Of a DNA stretch of 64,000 nucleotides, positions 1 to 13,642 are shown one piece after another (position 1 is the stretch's first letter; every line of letters starts with the position of its first letter). The notes under the pieces were generated by a model. The model saw only the letters and a list, made by a program, of their open reading frames with translations. It made no database searches and had not been told where the DNA came from. Source of the stretch: Iphione sp. A-MEVVRFRX5 (lineage: Eukaryota); contig OZ320313.1 in the NCBI GenBank assembly GCA_976226885.1, forward strand, positions 159,340,001-159,404,000, written 5' to 3'. Position numbers and translations under genes: made by a program.

Positions 1-199
1 ACACATGATAAAATCTTCTCATAATAGGGCAATCCAAATGCATCAGAAAGGTATTATGCTCTGACATAGAGTCGAGTTTAAGAACAGTTAAGCTCAAAAC
101 AAATATCACATACAAAAGTCTTCAGGATAGGGCTTCAAATAAGTAGACTTCGTTGATATGACTATATCATGTAAAATCTTGCCAAATGGGCCATTATAA

Positions 200-421
200 T
201 TATTCAAAGAACTTAGATTTGACAAATTGCATCTGAAAAACAGCTACGTCATGTAAATTCTTTTGAGAGAGAGTCAACTTGTTCCACAACTTTGTCCCAG
301 AGTACCAGAAACTGGATATATATAGGGTCATCCGGCGGGGCCTTTTCAGCGTAATAGTGCGGGCTGGTGTAATTGACATCGTTTTGTGGATTTTCCCCCT
401 GATCTGGTTTAAACCCCTTGG
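200..421 (-). pseudogene. Decayed 3' end of a non-LTR retrotransposon ORF2 (L2/CR1/Crack-like C-terminus)
   Basis: Manual translation of the minus frame gives 73 open codons ending ...TLYISSFWYSGTKLWNKLTLSQKNLHDVAVFQMQFVKSKFFE*. This resembles the SFxYxGxKLWNxL...FK motif at the C-terminus of L2/CR1-group ORF2. No RT core is visible nearby. Confidence 0.4.
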
Positions 422-1686
422 CTCATTTACTGAAAATGGGACGATCAGGGTTGCTTTCTACAAAACCATTCATGTGGGGAGCTCGAGAGTAACTAGAATG
501 GCTTCTTTCTCCTCGGATTTCAGGCAGTGAGTCGCTCGATTCCACAGATCTATCAGCGTTTCACCATTGTCTTAAAAGCGAAGCTATATGCAATCAAAAA
601 AGTCAATCTGTTTTCCCTTTATCACGCGATCAAGTCCACGAGATAATGGCAGTCTGATGAAGTACTGTATGTGGCAGTGACACTACTTGGTAGCTTTTAT
701 TCGTGGTCACATCGCTGCTTGACCGAACGGTTATACATATGTGCTGACTAATATACATATCGCCCGCAGCTAATTGGGCCAGCCTCTCTCTCTCTCTGAA
801 GAAGTCTTTCTTGTCAATAGATATAAAGACCTAATACGATCAGAAGACACGATATATGCCATCCAGGCGGAGAGCGGTAACAGTAGCCCTTTTAGTTCCA
901 TGGCTTTTCCCCCCCCTGGCTTGCACCAAGAAGAAGGAGAGGCTGGGAGATCTAGTCGCACTGGAGCAGGATTAGCCGCGTCGACTTGTGATTAGCCCCT
1001 TTATGAATGGCACATCAGATCGTGCTAGGATTACCGCCAACTAATTACATGACTTACTCGAGACTGATGGCGCCCTGAGATTAAATTTGAATGAAACGGG
1101 AGATAGGATCGTAATCGCCATTTTGATTCATGCGCTCAAGGAAGGATTGAAAACGATGGGGGAGGGATGGATCGTCCTGGATATCCTTACCTGATAGTTG
1201 CTGATGGATAGAAATGCACTTGTAACACGGACGAATGGAGTGTCCCTTTGAATATTTGTAGGACTGATACCAATATTCAAGCGCATCTAACTGAATGAAG
1301 GCTTTCCCTTCTAAAAGATTATTGATATTTTAACGGTAACTAAGTAGCCTCATTAGTAAAAGTGATTTCCTCAGACACCACCAAAATGATTACATGTTGT
1401 TGGAGAGCAATACATATTGCTTTAAGCTACTTTGATATAGACAGATGTTTTGAATAAAATTATTTGTATCTGTATCTGGTTGCCCTGCATCTAATATAAT
1501 TTCTTATGGGAACAAATAAATATGCATGTTTAGGATACCTCCGTAAAAGGAAGTATCACCTACGTAGTTACATCAGACTGCGAAACTAACTACACCGTCT
1601 CCATATCTTATCAGTTATTCATATCTTAGGACCGACGCTTTATTAATACAGCCTTACAGGTGTAGGCATTACCCTAATCATCTACA

Positions 1687-1753
1687 TACAGTCGGGACTC
1701 ATATCCGCACAATCAGCATTTGGACATAGTTCGGATATTGGGTCCTGAATGTA
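1687..1753. mobile_element. Ultra-short TA-flanked foldback element / MITE (63 bp between TA dinucleotides), Tc1/mariner superfamily, pogo/Tigger-like TIR
   Basis: Left arm tacagtcgggactcatatccgcac (1687-1710). Right arm reverse complement tacattcaggacccaatatccgaac (1729-1753). About 20 of 25 positions match, with an 18-nt spacer and TA at both ends. Confidence 0.6.
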
Positions 1754-4700
1754 CATGTAGTATATGCTCAACATGCGCTCAGTTTTCAATATTTGTATTA
1801 GCATAAAAAATATGTTTACAAATAAGAAGGCTGATTGGCCTGTAGCCTTTACTCTCAGGAGCAATTTACGAGAGTAAAGTTACTATGTGGCTCTAACCAT
1901 ATATATTTCTAGTTTAGGTAATAGCACAGTAGATTTGATACAAGCTTGTTATATATCGTTCCTGTTGAATTAGACTTGCTAGTTAACTGTCAGCATGTTA
2001 CATGCAGGTGAAAGGTTAGTATGATTTAGCATTTAGAGCTTAACTGTATACATGCTAGTATTATATATCATCTCCAGATGTATATCTTCTTCTGGACAAC
2101 ATAAATTCAATAAAATGGCCGGATACTAACAACTAAGGAAACAATATCAAGTTAGGGTAATCAAGTTCATGTGTTTAAGATACCGATTAATATTCTATGT
2201 CGAAGGACATTGATTTTATCGTGAACGTACAACTTTAATTTAGGAACGATGCAGGTGTCACGGTGGGTCGTACGGAGCAGTTTAGGCGGTTGATTTATCT
2301 CACCAATGAAGCCTTGGATGTATGTTGTCTAATAGCAACGAGATAGCCACAGCATACAGATTCCCACACATTGCGACGTTGAATGTTGTGTTACCTTGAG
2401 ACTCTGAGACCAGGCGCACCGGTATAGACTAGGCTATTCGTCTTACAAGGGGTGCTTAAGGTGGAATGGAAGGCACCCCTCCGGAGAGGCAACAGGCGGT
2501 GGCCGCCTGGAACCAAGGTCCTCCGCGGGGGGGGGGGGGGGGCAGCCATCAAAGGGAATGCAGGATCACTGGGGGAGGCCAGCATCAAACAAAATCCCTC
2601 CAGCTTGACCCGTCGTCCGCGGACAGCTGCCGCTGCCCCGCGACTACCGGCGGACAGTCGGTGCTGGGCGAGGATGTGAGACAAAAGTCCCGGAACTGCA
2701 TTCCCCCGGAAGCATCGCCGATATGGATGCGGCGTTTCACGACCGGAAGTCAGCCCAAAGCATGTGGCGACTGGACGCTACGTCAACGGATGGTGGGCCG
2801 TGAAAGGCTTTGGCGATGGAAATCTGCTGAAGCGGATATATTATAGTATCGAGATTCTTTTGCCAGTTTAGGCTGATTTTTTTTTCTTTCAAGATGACTT
2901 TCGTGGTCTCTCTTATCGACAAACAAAATACGTCTAATCTCTAATATAACACGTATCTGTTTACATATTTTACGGGCACAGGTATTTCTAAAATAATGCA
3001 TGAACATCTTCACAAGTAGCACCGCCATTCCCAAAATGAATCGCATGCGCTTGAATTATTATTGGCCCCATCGGCAGCAACCATTTTACATATGGTCAAA
3101 TATATGTTCAGTCAGCATTTTCCTGGGATCCGTGTTGGCAGAAGGAAATCAGTGGGCGGGGCCTATGAGAAGAGAAGACCACGTTGTTTGGCCGGCCAAT
3201 TCTCCTGGGACCTTGCAGGCGTCGACCGCCTCTGATAAGTATGCATGCTAGGGCGCCTCCCTTGGCCACCTGCTTTGCACTTTAGCCAGAATTCATCTCG
3301 GACCGGGAAGAAATTCCAGCAATGTATAGATCTAGGAGATCAATAGCGCGCACCCAGAACCCATCGAGGTCAGCGCAATCAATTTTTCATATGGTCAATT
3401 TGATTCACTTCAACTAGTAAACAAACGTCCAGCCAAGTTAAACTACACGTATGTAGTGCAGTTAAAAAACAGAGGGCATAAAAGTCTTAGGTGGGAGATT
3501 TTACGATAAAGTATCAACAGTTATGTTACTTATCTGGCGTTTTCCAACAACTAACAACATAATGTACATGTTTTATTTACAGTGGACCTTACAAATAAGT
3601 ATACATAGATATACTATTCCTATAGTCGTGTATCCAAAGAAATTATATGACGATGTTATAAAACATAGTAGAGACCGGTGGTATTGATTGATTGCCTTTA
3701 TGCGTCTTTATAAAGACCGTTATCTTAGTAACGCCAACCTTTCATATCACTAGTATGTATGAATATGTACTCAAATATTTTCTCACTCTTCCATATATTA
3801 TACACTTATGAACACATATATGTCTCTCCTACTATGGCATAAAAATATTAAGAAAGGTTTGCTGCAGTTTTTTATGGGAACCTATCGTCGACCCATTTTG
3901 TGGCACTGGCACATTTGCGAATTGGGCTAAGTATCGCAATCATGATGATGTACAACCGGAACGTTGCTAAGCACCCCTCCACATTGCTTGTGTGTCAGAT
4001 TAGGTTTCTTTCGGGCAAAGAGAAAGAAAGCAGCAGTGGATCGCATCACGGAGAGGCAATCTCCTTAGTAGGCTACCCTTCCCTTCATTCGCCCATTCCT
4101 TTTTACCCCCCCATCCTCTTCCACCTCATCCACCCAGCCTGCATCTTTATTAGTCTATAGGTCCTTTCACAGTCCTTCGGGGACTTTCGGTCTACATATA
4201 ACCCGCAATTGCATCCTTAAAGATGCGTCCTTCAGCTGGGTATCGTGGTTTGCAGGCGGCAATCATGTATTTATGCTAGCATGTGAATGCATATATAATA
4301 TGGGCTCCCTTGTTTTGGTGTTATCCAAGGTCAGTATTGCTACATTTAGTAGTAGAACGTTACTCAAGGACGCAGATAATAACGTGGGAAATGGATTTAC
4401 TTTCCTTAATAAAAGTATCTATGTCCTGTTATACATACAAGTATTATCCGCATCTACTTGTATTATATGATATTTAGTGACCGGCTCATTGTAAAACGCA
4501 CCCTCCTACAAGTACCTCTTACTGCTAACTACGCCCCTTCTTGTTAAATATGATCATTATATTTTCTTACATCAGGTGCTTCCCCTAATGACTATACTTG
4601 TGTGGATTGCCACGCTCGTATGATATAACTCCCGACCCGCACCGTTATTATCGGACGTTGTACAACCCATGTATCGGCACGTTCTGCCGAGATCGAGTGG

Positions 4701-7700
4701 AGAGAGGATGGGATCACACCAACACCTCATCAGTCAATCGATCCCTGGCACTTCTGCCAGGTACAATACAAAAACTTTACATCAGGGACATTGTGCCTGT
4801 AACCTGACATCATAATTATTTTTCTGCTGCCATGAGTGACGGATGCGACATCATTCATATGTCACCTGAGTACGCTACGCGGCATAAAAAAACATAGGAA
4901 GCTGCTATTGTTGTTTAGTGAGGCAAAACAAGCTGGGGATACGCTGTTGGCGGAGCAGTGACTCGAATGTAGGTCATGGGGCATCAGTTAGACTTCAGAG
5001 TCATTTCGAAATCAGTGCCCACACAACTATTCATAACCATGAAGTTCAGTTTTAGGAGTAAATAAAGTAGAATTCGCCACTTGAAACGGATTTTAAATTT
5101 CATTCAAAACTTTAGATACGAGATTTTCCCTTCAATGTAAGCGTTTCGTCCTGGCTCAAATACGCAACGACCGAGTTGATTTCCAGTCTACAGGTTTATC
5201 AATCTAACTTGGTTCTGTGAGTGATACAGGGCCTCTGTTTGATCCAGGCACTTTGTTCAATAATGTAATCATTCTACTATAGGAGGGGTAGTTACCGTGC
5301 CCTTGGCGAGTCGACTTAGTGGCTCCTGTGCCGAGCGAATTCCCAGAGTGGCTTTCGCTGCGGTGGAACGATGGCTTCAGCGATGGCTTCTCGCTTCTGA
5401 GCAGGAGAAGCCAGTGCCCCTTCCTCCCTCCCCACTAGCCTCCAAAGGGGTCCCAATGGTGATGGCTTCATGAGCGTGGCAGTCGTGTCCGTAGCGGGCG
5501 CCGGAGACGTCCAGGCCAAACTGATCAATCAATGCTTCACTTGGACTTGGTATGATCCATCACCGATGGTTGTCTGGCGTGTGCTGTAGCGCGCGGGAGG
5601 GGGGCCGGGGGGGAGGGCCCTCGGCCTGGGAGACTATAGGTGTGGGCGTTTGAAAAAGGATTTGAGAGAGGGTCCTCCTTTCTTTCCATGTTGTATTTTT
5701 AAGCGGGAGTGACCTCCATCCGTCACGCGGGGTGGGAGGAAGGGCCTAGGTCTCTCACTAGGAAAAGGTCTGTCCGGTATGCATGGGTTGATAAGGGAGT
5801 CCCTCTAACTTCCCCCACGACAGGCCTAGCTACCACAAAGGAATCACCCTAACCAGCAAGGCGAAGGCTTAATGAACGGCCGGACGGGCCGCCAGTGTCG
5901 GCGAACACGGCAGCGTTGGGCCCTCTGTAATGATGGACCTAGCACTGATAGATTAGATCGCTCCGCCCAGTAAAGTCAATGCGTTCCTGACTATTGATCT
6001 CACAAGCGTAGTTGTAGTCCTCAGAATGTGGTCCTGTGGCATCTGCGAACCCGAAAATTGGAGGCGGCAACGGTGGGCGACTTGGTAGGAGGGCTTGGCA
6101 AGGGTGTAGCAATTGCTACATATTGCTTCTCTGTAAGTAAGCCTTTTCCATTTGTTAACAAGAGCCTAAATGGGCGGGCAGGATTCTTACAGAGCATGTG
6201 GCAGGTGCGCAGCGTGCAGTGGCAGGCATCTCCCCCGAGTACGTACAACAGCACTCACCTGATTTTACAAGAGGGCGTATTTTATCAGTTATCATTGCCA
6301 ATCGGGGCTGTGTTGTTCTCGGCATTTTCACAAATTCTCCTTGTGTTTGTGATGCATCCTCCAGGTTTCAACTGACATCAAAACAGTGTGTAATGCAAAT
6401 CTAGCAGGAACGGTCGTAAAAACATCTGTAGTACACAGAGGCACAGCGTGAGTCAATAACAATTATGTTCCAATGCTTTCCTTCCCCATAGCCCGGAGGT
6501 TTCTATCTTTGTATTATTGTGGAGTGCGAACTGTTGTGCTCTTATGTCCTTAAAGGGAGAACATCGCCGGGCTCGGAGGGGAGAGATACATCGAAAATGG
6601 AGAAAAACACATCAGAGTAAATCAAGCTCTCTTGAAAACCCCCTAAAGTCATTTCCTCAATCCAAGATGCAGGAAGAGATACCACTGCTTGTACTTAGGG
6701 GGCCGCAGCGAGCCGGCCACAGATGGCGATGCGCGGCAGAAATGGACGGCGCCGGTGCCGGCGATGTGCCGCTGTGGGGCTGGCACCATCTCCGGCGCCA
6801 GTCTAGAAATCTCATAAAAGGCGGCCCAGAAGCTCCAGTCACGAGTCGCTCGGCGATCCGGGTTTTATTGCTCAGGGCGGCCGGCCGCAGGGGCATCCAA
6901 TGGCCGCATCGTCAGCACATTCCACAGACAGCATGCGCCGCCGACTAGTCAAGCTACTGCCCCGCCACAGCAATGATGGTAGCCAGCAAAACCGACTGGA
7001 ACGGGTAGAGCGCTCTTGAAACAGTAGTATTAATGTATTAAATAATACCTTCGGGGATCGTATGCACCACGCCGAGAATCTTACATATAACCCTACAAAA
7101 GACTTGCGACTGCCGTTATCATCATAGACCAGCCCCTGCAGACCATTTGCTTCGGCCTTCTTCCTTGTGATAATTAATTCACGATACCAGCATCACTATA
7201 GCTGCCAACTCATCATTTGAAACCCCATGGGAACTGTCGCCCCGAAGAATGTACCGTCATAGGGAAAAAAGAGGACATTGCAACTATTTCATCGTGCTCA
7301 TCCACCACTGGAAGAGTACAGCATCGCCCCGGCTGCCCTAGCCATAGCGAGTCGCCAGTACGGCAAGGCTATCGAGCCAGAGCAACAGCCAAAACGCAAT
7401 CGCCTCCTTGTTTCTAATTATTACTACAGTCGTGTCTTAATCAGCCATCGGCGCCCGCATGGCAAACCAATCTCCATTCGGGAGTGAAGGCAAACAATGC
7501 AATCTCATCCACGTATCGGATTTTTCATGAGTAAGGCAGAGCAGGGTGGTAGATAGTCATTAATTGGAAAGACGCCTTTCGATCCCAGCCTGTACCAAAT
7601 GTTAACGCATTGTATGCATACCATATAGGGTATTGGCAGTGAATCAACTGTGGGGATAATGTTTACAGAGGGTGCCATGAGATCTATTAACCCTTGCGTA

Positions 7701-10700
7701 GGCACGTTGCCCTCCCCATCGAGGTTTGTTCAACCGGAGGACGGTTCTCTAAATGATAATTAAGACTTGACATTTAAATCTCAAAGCATAGGAACTGCAT
7801 TGAAGCTAATGGCTGTCATACTTTGTACAACCTTTATATATGTAAAGAATTAATGTAGTTGCTTGCATTGTGTATATCCATTTCCATATCTATGTCTATC
7901 TCTCCTCTTTCACGGTCGAATTAGTGCATTTGAGATGTAGTTTAACGACTGGCTGGCATTAAATTCGTCTTTTTTCACTCCACAATAACGTAGTATTACT
8001 TTGCAACGAATCCGAAATGAGAAAAAAATAGTGAGAAATTTACTGTTCTTTAAATTGTATAGTTTCCTTCATGGTTCCCCCTCCTCCAAGAACATTAGTT
8101 TCTTAGACGAAAGTTGAACAGATAGACGGACACGAGCTGCTCTCACCCTCTCTCATCGCTGGATTAGAGCTGATTCCAGTCGATGTTATTGACAGTGGGT
8201 TCGTGTAGTAGCGCCGAGGTGGACGGAGGGCAGGCCGAACAGCGCCCGTCCATAATTGGCCACATCCTTGGAAAGAATGGCGGACTATCCGCTGACCCCT
8301 GATTTCTTTCGTGTTCGTTCTCCTTCTTCCCTAACAGCCTTATTGCCTTGGCCCTCGCGCCACTCTCAGAGAAACGTCAGGAGAAAGGACTGGAAGGACT
8401 GCAGCTTGCTTCGCGAGCTGCACACCAGAGGCCCTTAGTGTCGATTCTACCAACCGCAGGTCAATGCCTCAAATGTGCTCTAGTTTCAACTTCAATTTTA
8501 CTACGCCCCATAAACAAAAACTGTTTGTAAGATATTCGAATGATATAAATTTAACGTCTCGATGTAAAGCTGACATTTTACTCTTTTGTATGACAGGCAT
8601 TTTAAACGTTCGCAAAGGTTTTCAGGTCCGCATGTCATTCATTGCAAACTGACTGGCATTTTCATTAAATTGGCGTGGGATCAGGTTGGAAATGTAGTTC
8701 TTACTTTGTAAATACATTAGGAAGTACGCTGACCAAAACTGACATGCTTTTGGCACTCGATGCTAGTTTACATAGATACACTGGGGATATACATATACGG
8801 TCCTGTGTTTTATCTGAAACATTTATGAATAAACAGGCAGTCAGTAGAAAAAAGTTTGTTTTGTTTCTTGTAATAAGTATCACCAAGGAAACGCTTCAAT
8901 TCCTTTATTTCCTTATCCTCATTTCGTGCCAATCAAAAGCTCTTCGTGGCAGAGACGGCAATTGGAGTCGTCACCAGTGCAAACAATGCTGCGACCAATT
9001 AGATGCCAATAGCGATGCCGGCGTTAACGGACTTTTAGCGCCAATTACAACCAACGCGATAAGATATAGCTGCCTCTGGCTTAGCTACACCTCTGGCGGA
9101 ATGAAGAAGCAAATCGGATTGCTGGTACCAGTGTAGTCTCGCTATGCCCATAAGCATCTCTCTGTTACATCGCTGCCGAATGAAATTAGTGAATAGAGGT
9201 CTAAGCCTGGTACCCTCGGCTTTACCGTAGAAGCCTTGATGATACACTGGCGAGTGCTGCTCGCCTACACGTTTGCGTTGGATGAAACCTCAGTCAAAGT
9301 GGTGGTTTTCCTCATATCGGACAATATCATACAGGCAGAAATGTCCGAGGGAAAGTGATTATATAAGGCAAGCACAGGTGAAGACTACAGTGATGGGGAA
9401 CAATAAGAGCAGTTATATGGAATACGAATTTTTAACTTTCATTAAGAATTCACGACAAGGTAACATTAATTCAAAACGATAGGTGCAACAGAACCCCTAT
9501 AATGTGTTCCAGGAATATTTCCCACAACGTTATTCCCTTAAGGAGAGAAGAGCTAACCGTACCGTCTCTTAGCGCCTGTTGTCTGACACCAATACCTGGT
9601 TTATCACTGGGTAAAATTTGAACCATGAATATCTCGCTGCTGATCGCTTATTTGGCCCCTGCTAGATGTGGTTTCCTAATGTTCGACACTCGCTTCCATT
9701 GGTCGTTGACTAATTGTTCTACAATCCGTAAGGACTGAGTGAGCCCAACCCTGAAAGTCCCATTAGACGAGTACAGGCGAGTGTGGGCTGCCGCTGTTTT
9801 ATTAATTCCTTGCTGTGATTATGTTAATTTGTCCACGGTGGTGAGCTGTAATTGTCCATTAGGGCCAGAGCTCGTGGTCCATTGCGCATATAAGGGGACC
9901 TAAGATAACCTACACATGTTGGGACACAACGCGAAATGATGATGAAGCGGGAATTCTTTTTGTTTTAGGTGCAAATATTGGCTTGAAAATTCTTCGGAAT
10001 GACTAAAAGACAAAGATTTCCACTTTGCTCTGAATGTAAAAGTCTGTTATTTCTTGTGTGACTGCGTTTCCTCAACATGCCTCTTTGTTTAAAGATCCGA
10101 CACGATTGGGATCACCTAAATTTCCTCATAGAAATTTGAAAGAACTCTCCCCATTTTCGCTATCGGTATGGAAATCTCTAGGGACTCCACGCATGGCCAC
10201 ATTCGAAAAGGTTTTTCATGACATGTCTGTGAGAAGTAGAAGAGAGGGTTGAATTATCAGACGCTTGCTTATTGGCCCTTATGGCATTTTTTTGTCTAAT
10301 GAACTCCAGCGTCCTGTCCAAATTGACATTCGCCCCAGGGGCCCATAGCTAGCGACATAATTAAGTGACGACCCTTTTGTTTCTGAAATTGAACTTTTAT
10401 TGGTCCAAGAAAGAAGCAAGCCTGTGTCAGTGAGAGGGGAGACCCCCCCCCCTGTGGCTAGGTGACAATGGTGGAGGATTATGATGGATGAGCACAGGGT
10501 TTGCCAAACAAGAGGAACCTTCTCCCCCAGGGAAGCAATGGACTCACTCCAGTGCCCCACTTAATACAAGCCGGGGCAACAATTCCCGAAAGGGAAATGA
10601 ATTCTAATTGGAGCTGCGCGTTATGTCAACTCGGCCTAATGTCACATAGTCTATGGTGCTGAGGGAAGATCAGTTGAAAAATAAGGTGTCGCCTCAACGT

Positions 10701-12047
10701 ATTTTTACCGCCAATAACTATGCACTACAAGTTAAACGAATGATCAGAAGAATAAAAACTACATCAAATATGTTTGCGCTTGAGGAGCTGACACGGGGGT
10801 CGCCTGCGGGTGACTTGGAGATATTTTTCCTCATTTTCCTTTTACAAAAAGTGTACTTATTATAGGAAAAAATATATTCAAAGAAAGGGGGTTCCGTACG
10901 AGACTTACGAAGGAAGTGTCTTTGAACATGCAGGGAAGCCACGCCTGGCTGGTATTCCGGCAGTGTATTGTAAGCTACCGAATGTAAAGGATGTAATCAT
11001 ACACCTCCTCCTCTCTCCTGCGCCTTACAACTCTAAGTGCTGATCGATAGGCGTTTCCTTTTTCGCCTGCCAGAAGCAGCCAAATGCTTAAATAACCTAA
11101 TCTAATCGCTCCATGCCTTTGCCATTATTGCCTTAGCGGGGCGGTGTTTTAGCCGTTTTAGATTATTTGATATACGTCGCTTTACTTTCTATGCAGAATA
11201 TAAAACACCGTCTGGTTGGCAGCGAGAGATCCAGAACCCGGCTAGCATCTATACATCACCGGTAAAGGCTGGAAAGAGCGACTTTTTTTTCGTCGAGCAG
11301 TGTCTATTACAAAGTCTTAAAGTCTTAAACGATCGATTTTATTGCAGTTCTCATGAGATACTTCAGTATGCAGAAGGGATTTTGCATGCCTAACGTACTC
11401 ACCCTTCTTAAGCTGCGAGAGACTAAAGTGAATCCTCAAGCAGCATTGACGGAAGGCTCTATCTACCACCGTCTCCCTTTGTGTGTGTGTTTTTTTTGGT
11501 AAGGAGGTGGATGCTTATATGCAGATATATAGAAATGTATAGCATGCGTATGCCCATTGTAAAAGAAAATAAATACTTGCACTGATATGAATACCATAGG
11601 TGGCAGACAAATCTGACGAACTCTTCGGCAATGCCATAAGGATGCGGTAGCCGTGGACTGGTGATACTCCCTCCGTTCGGATAAGTAGGGAAGCGACGGC
11701 TGATTCTTATTGTCTAAGCTACACATGAGGGTGGCACCTCACCACAGACCGATCTTTATCCGTACCTGTTCTGGCCTCTCTACCAAACGCTACTTCCACA
11801 TTTAGGATGTCAGCCATCCACCCGCTATGTACATATGTATGAGACACGTGTAGAACATATTAGTGACACCGTCGTGGCACGCTTCCCGGGCAAGATGAAT
11901 ACGAGCACGGTACATGATAGTATTACAGAAGCGTGCCGCCATGTGATAATGTCCGAGAGGACGGGACTTTGAAGCTTAGAAAGTGTAACATTCAAAAAGG
12001 TTGAAACGGATAACTATAGATTGCCAACGAAGAAAGACACAGTCTCG

Positions 12048-12118
<71 letters not shown>
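12048..12118 (+). repeat. Compound microsatellite (GT)n(GA)n
   Basis: About 16 GT units with one interruption, followed directly by about 19 GA units. Confidence 0.97.
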
Positions 12119-12123
<5 letters not shown>

Positions 12124-12514
12124 CCAGAAGGCCAAGAAAATATGACAAAAATGCACGTGCTGGCGTGAACTTGCTGTTTAAAGGTATGACGTTGTGAATG
12201 ATAACATCATTATCTAAATCATTCGCTGCACCAGTCTCCTTGGGCAATGTAAGGGCGGCAGCACCAGCTCATCCTACGCAACTACAGAGGGGCGGGGGCG
12301 CGAGCGGGAGCGCCCACACCGGGACAGGGTCCGGCCAGATACGACAATGGCCCGTCCACTGCGATCGCATCCACGGCATCTCAAATCCCCCGGGCATGCC
12401 CACTCTCTGTCTTCCCAACCTATTCGTAACTCATGCATATTTAAATGAGGAGAAGATTGACAGCAGCAGCAGCAGCGTGGGGGACGGACACACAGTCCTG
12501 CTGGCCTTCCTTAC

Positions 12515-12648
12515 CGTTTTTGTGCCCAGATTCTCCACCCGACACCGGAGCACCGCTCGATCGCCGGGCCCGACGGTGATGTTCCGCGGTGTCTGCCGGA
12601 AGATCGGCTTGTATATGTTCCTTTCCTGGGAGGAACGTGCCCCACCCG
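12515..12648 (-). CDS. Internal coding exon (134 nt, phase 1 to phase 0) encoding the N-terminal half of an Ig domain of a Dpr / zig-8 / lachesin-like IgSF cell-adhesion protein
   Basis: Minus strand shows a branch-like TACTAAG, the polypyrimidine tract ttttttctctttccctttcAG, the exon, then the donor AAAACG|GTAAGG. Translation is GGARSSQERNIYKPIFRQTPRNITVGPGDRAVLRCRVENLGTKT, matching the Ig A/A'/B strand pattern PxFxxxPxNxTVxxGxxAxLxC-x-V-x-N-L-G-x-K-T of Dpr/zig-8-like proteins. From my recollection of that family, an intron often falls just before the V-x-W of strand C. Neighbouring exons were not identified. Confidence 0.85.
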
Positions 12649-13642
12649 CTGAAAGGGAAAGAGAAAAAATCCTTAGTATCAAATAGTGACAAAGAAATGT
12701 TCGCGGCAAGGTGAAAAAAATACAGAGGTATAAAAACAGAGGACATAAAAATAAACAGAAACATGAAGAGGTAAGAGTCTTCGAAGTAATCGAAATGATT
12801 TCGCTGGAAGTATGCCATTTCTCCCACAGTGAATAGAAGTACCGTGTAGGGATTATCATATGCTCCTCACCTCCTGCATTCATTGCAGTTGAACCTTCGG
12901 AGGTATATTGACTACTCTAGGAGAAAGATTATACTCTCCTTCGCTGCAGTTGCGAGATAAAAAAAAAGGTGCCAAACCCATTTCGAATAAGGCGGCAATT
13001 GGGGGGAAAGACGGAGTGGAGTATAGATTTAAAAGTCTACTGAATCAAGGTCTACCTCCCTAAAATGAGGGAGGAGATTACAGAGTAGAAGGTGATCCCG
13101 TCATGTCGTGGAAGTATTCCTAAGCACTGAGTTTCCCCCCTCCCCCCTGTCTCCTCGTTCCACTTACCAAGTGTTTGTGCACGTCGTAGCAAGTAGTCTG
13201 ACGAAGGGTTGGGAATCAATGAGATGGGTTTCTATTGAGCGTTTGAGGGAATAGGTTTGGGTAAGGGGGCGGTAGGTAGGCATCTAATGGCTGTGGTCGA
13301 CTGCGGCGAGTCTCTGCATTGTGCTGTTCATTGATGACCTTACAGCCTTTGCTGCTGGCGCTCGGCTGATAACGGCATCAGCTCAGCACCCAGCCACATG
13401 TTCAGAGCAGCTCGCTGTAAACGCCAGTGGCTTCCCACAATGTTGGCTGCCAGTCCGGCTGGCCGACGCCTGGCTCATTTTGACATATATCACAGCCAGC
13501 ACGTGGGGTTTTGCAACAATCTATTTCATAATTTAATCAGAAACCTTATAGCAATTTTAATTTCGAGGTGGCGCGTAAAACAGTGCTTTCCCTCTACATT
13601 AGTAAAAACATATCACAGGTATGATACAAGACACGACACATC

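Noticed and set aside
9936-10034. ATGATGA ... CTGA, C/D-box snoRNA-like
   Set aside because: No terminal stem, and these words are common by chance.
12198-12883. Supplied ORFs 12198-12686, 12431-12883 and 12441-12827 as whole genes
   Set aside because: Only 12515-12648 is exon. The rest is intron read-through or opposite-strand shadow.
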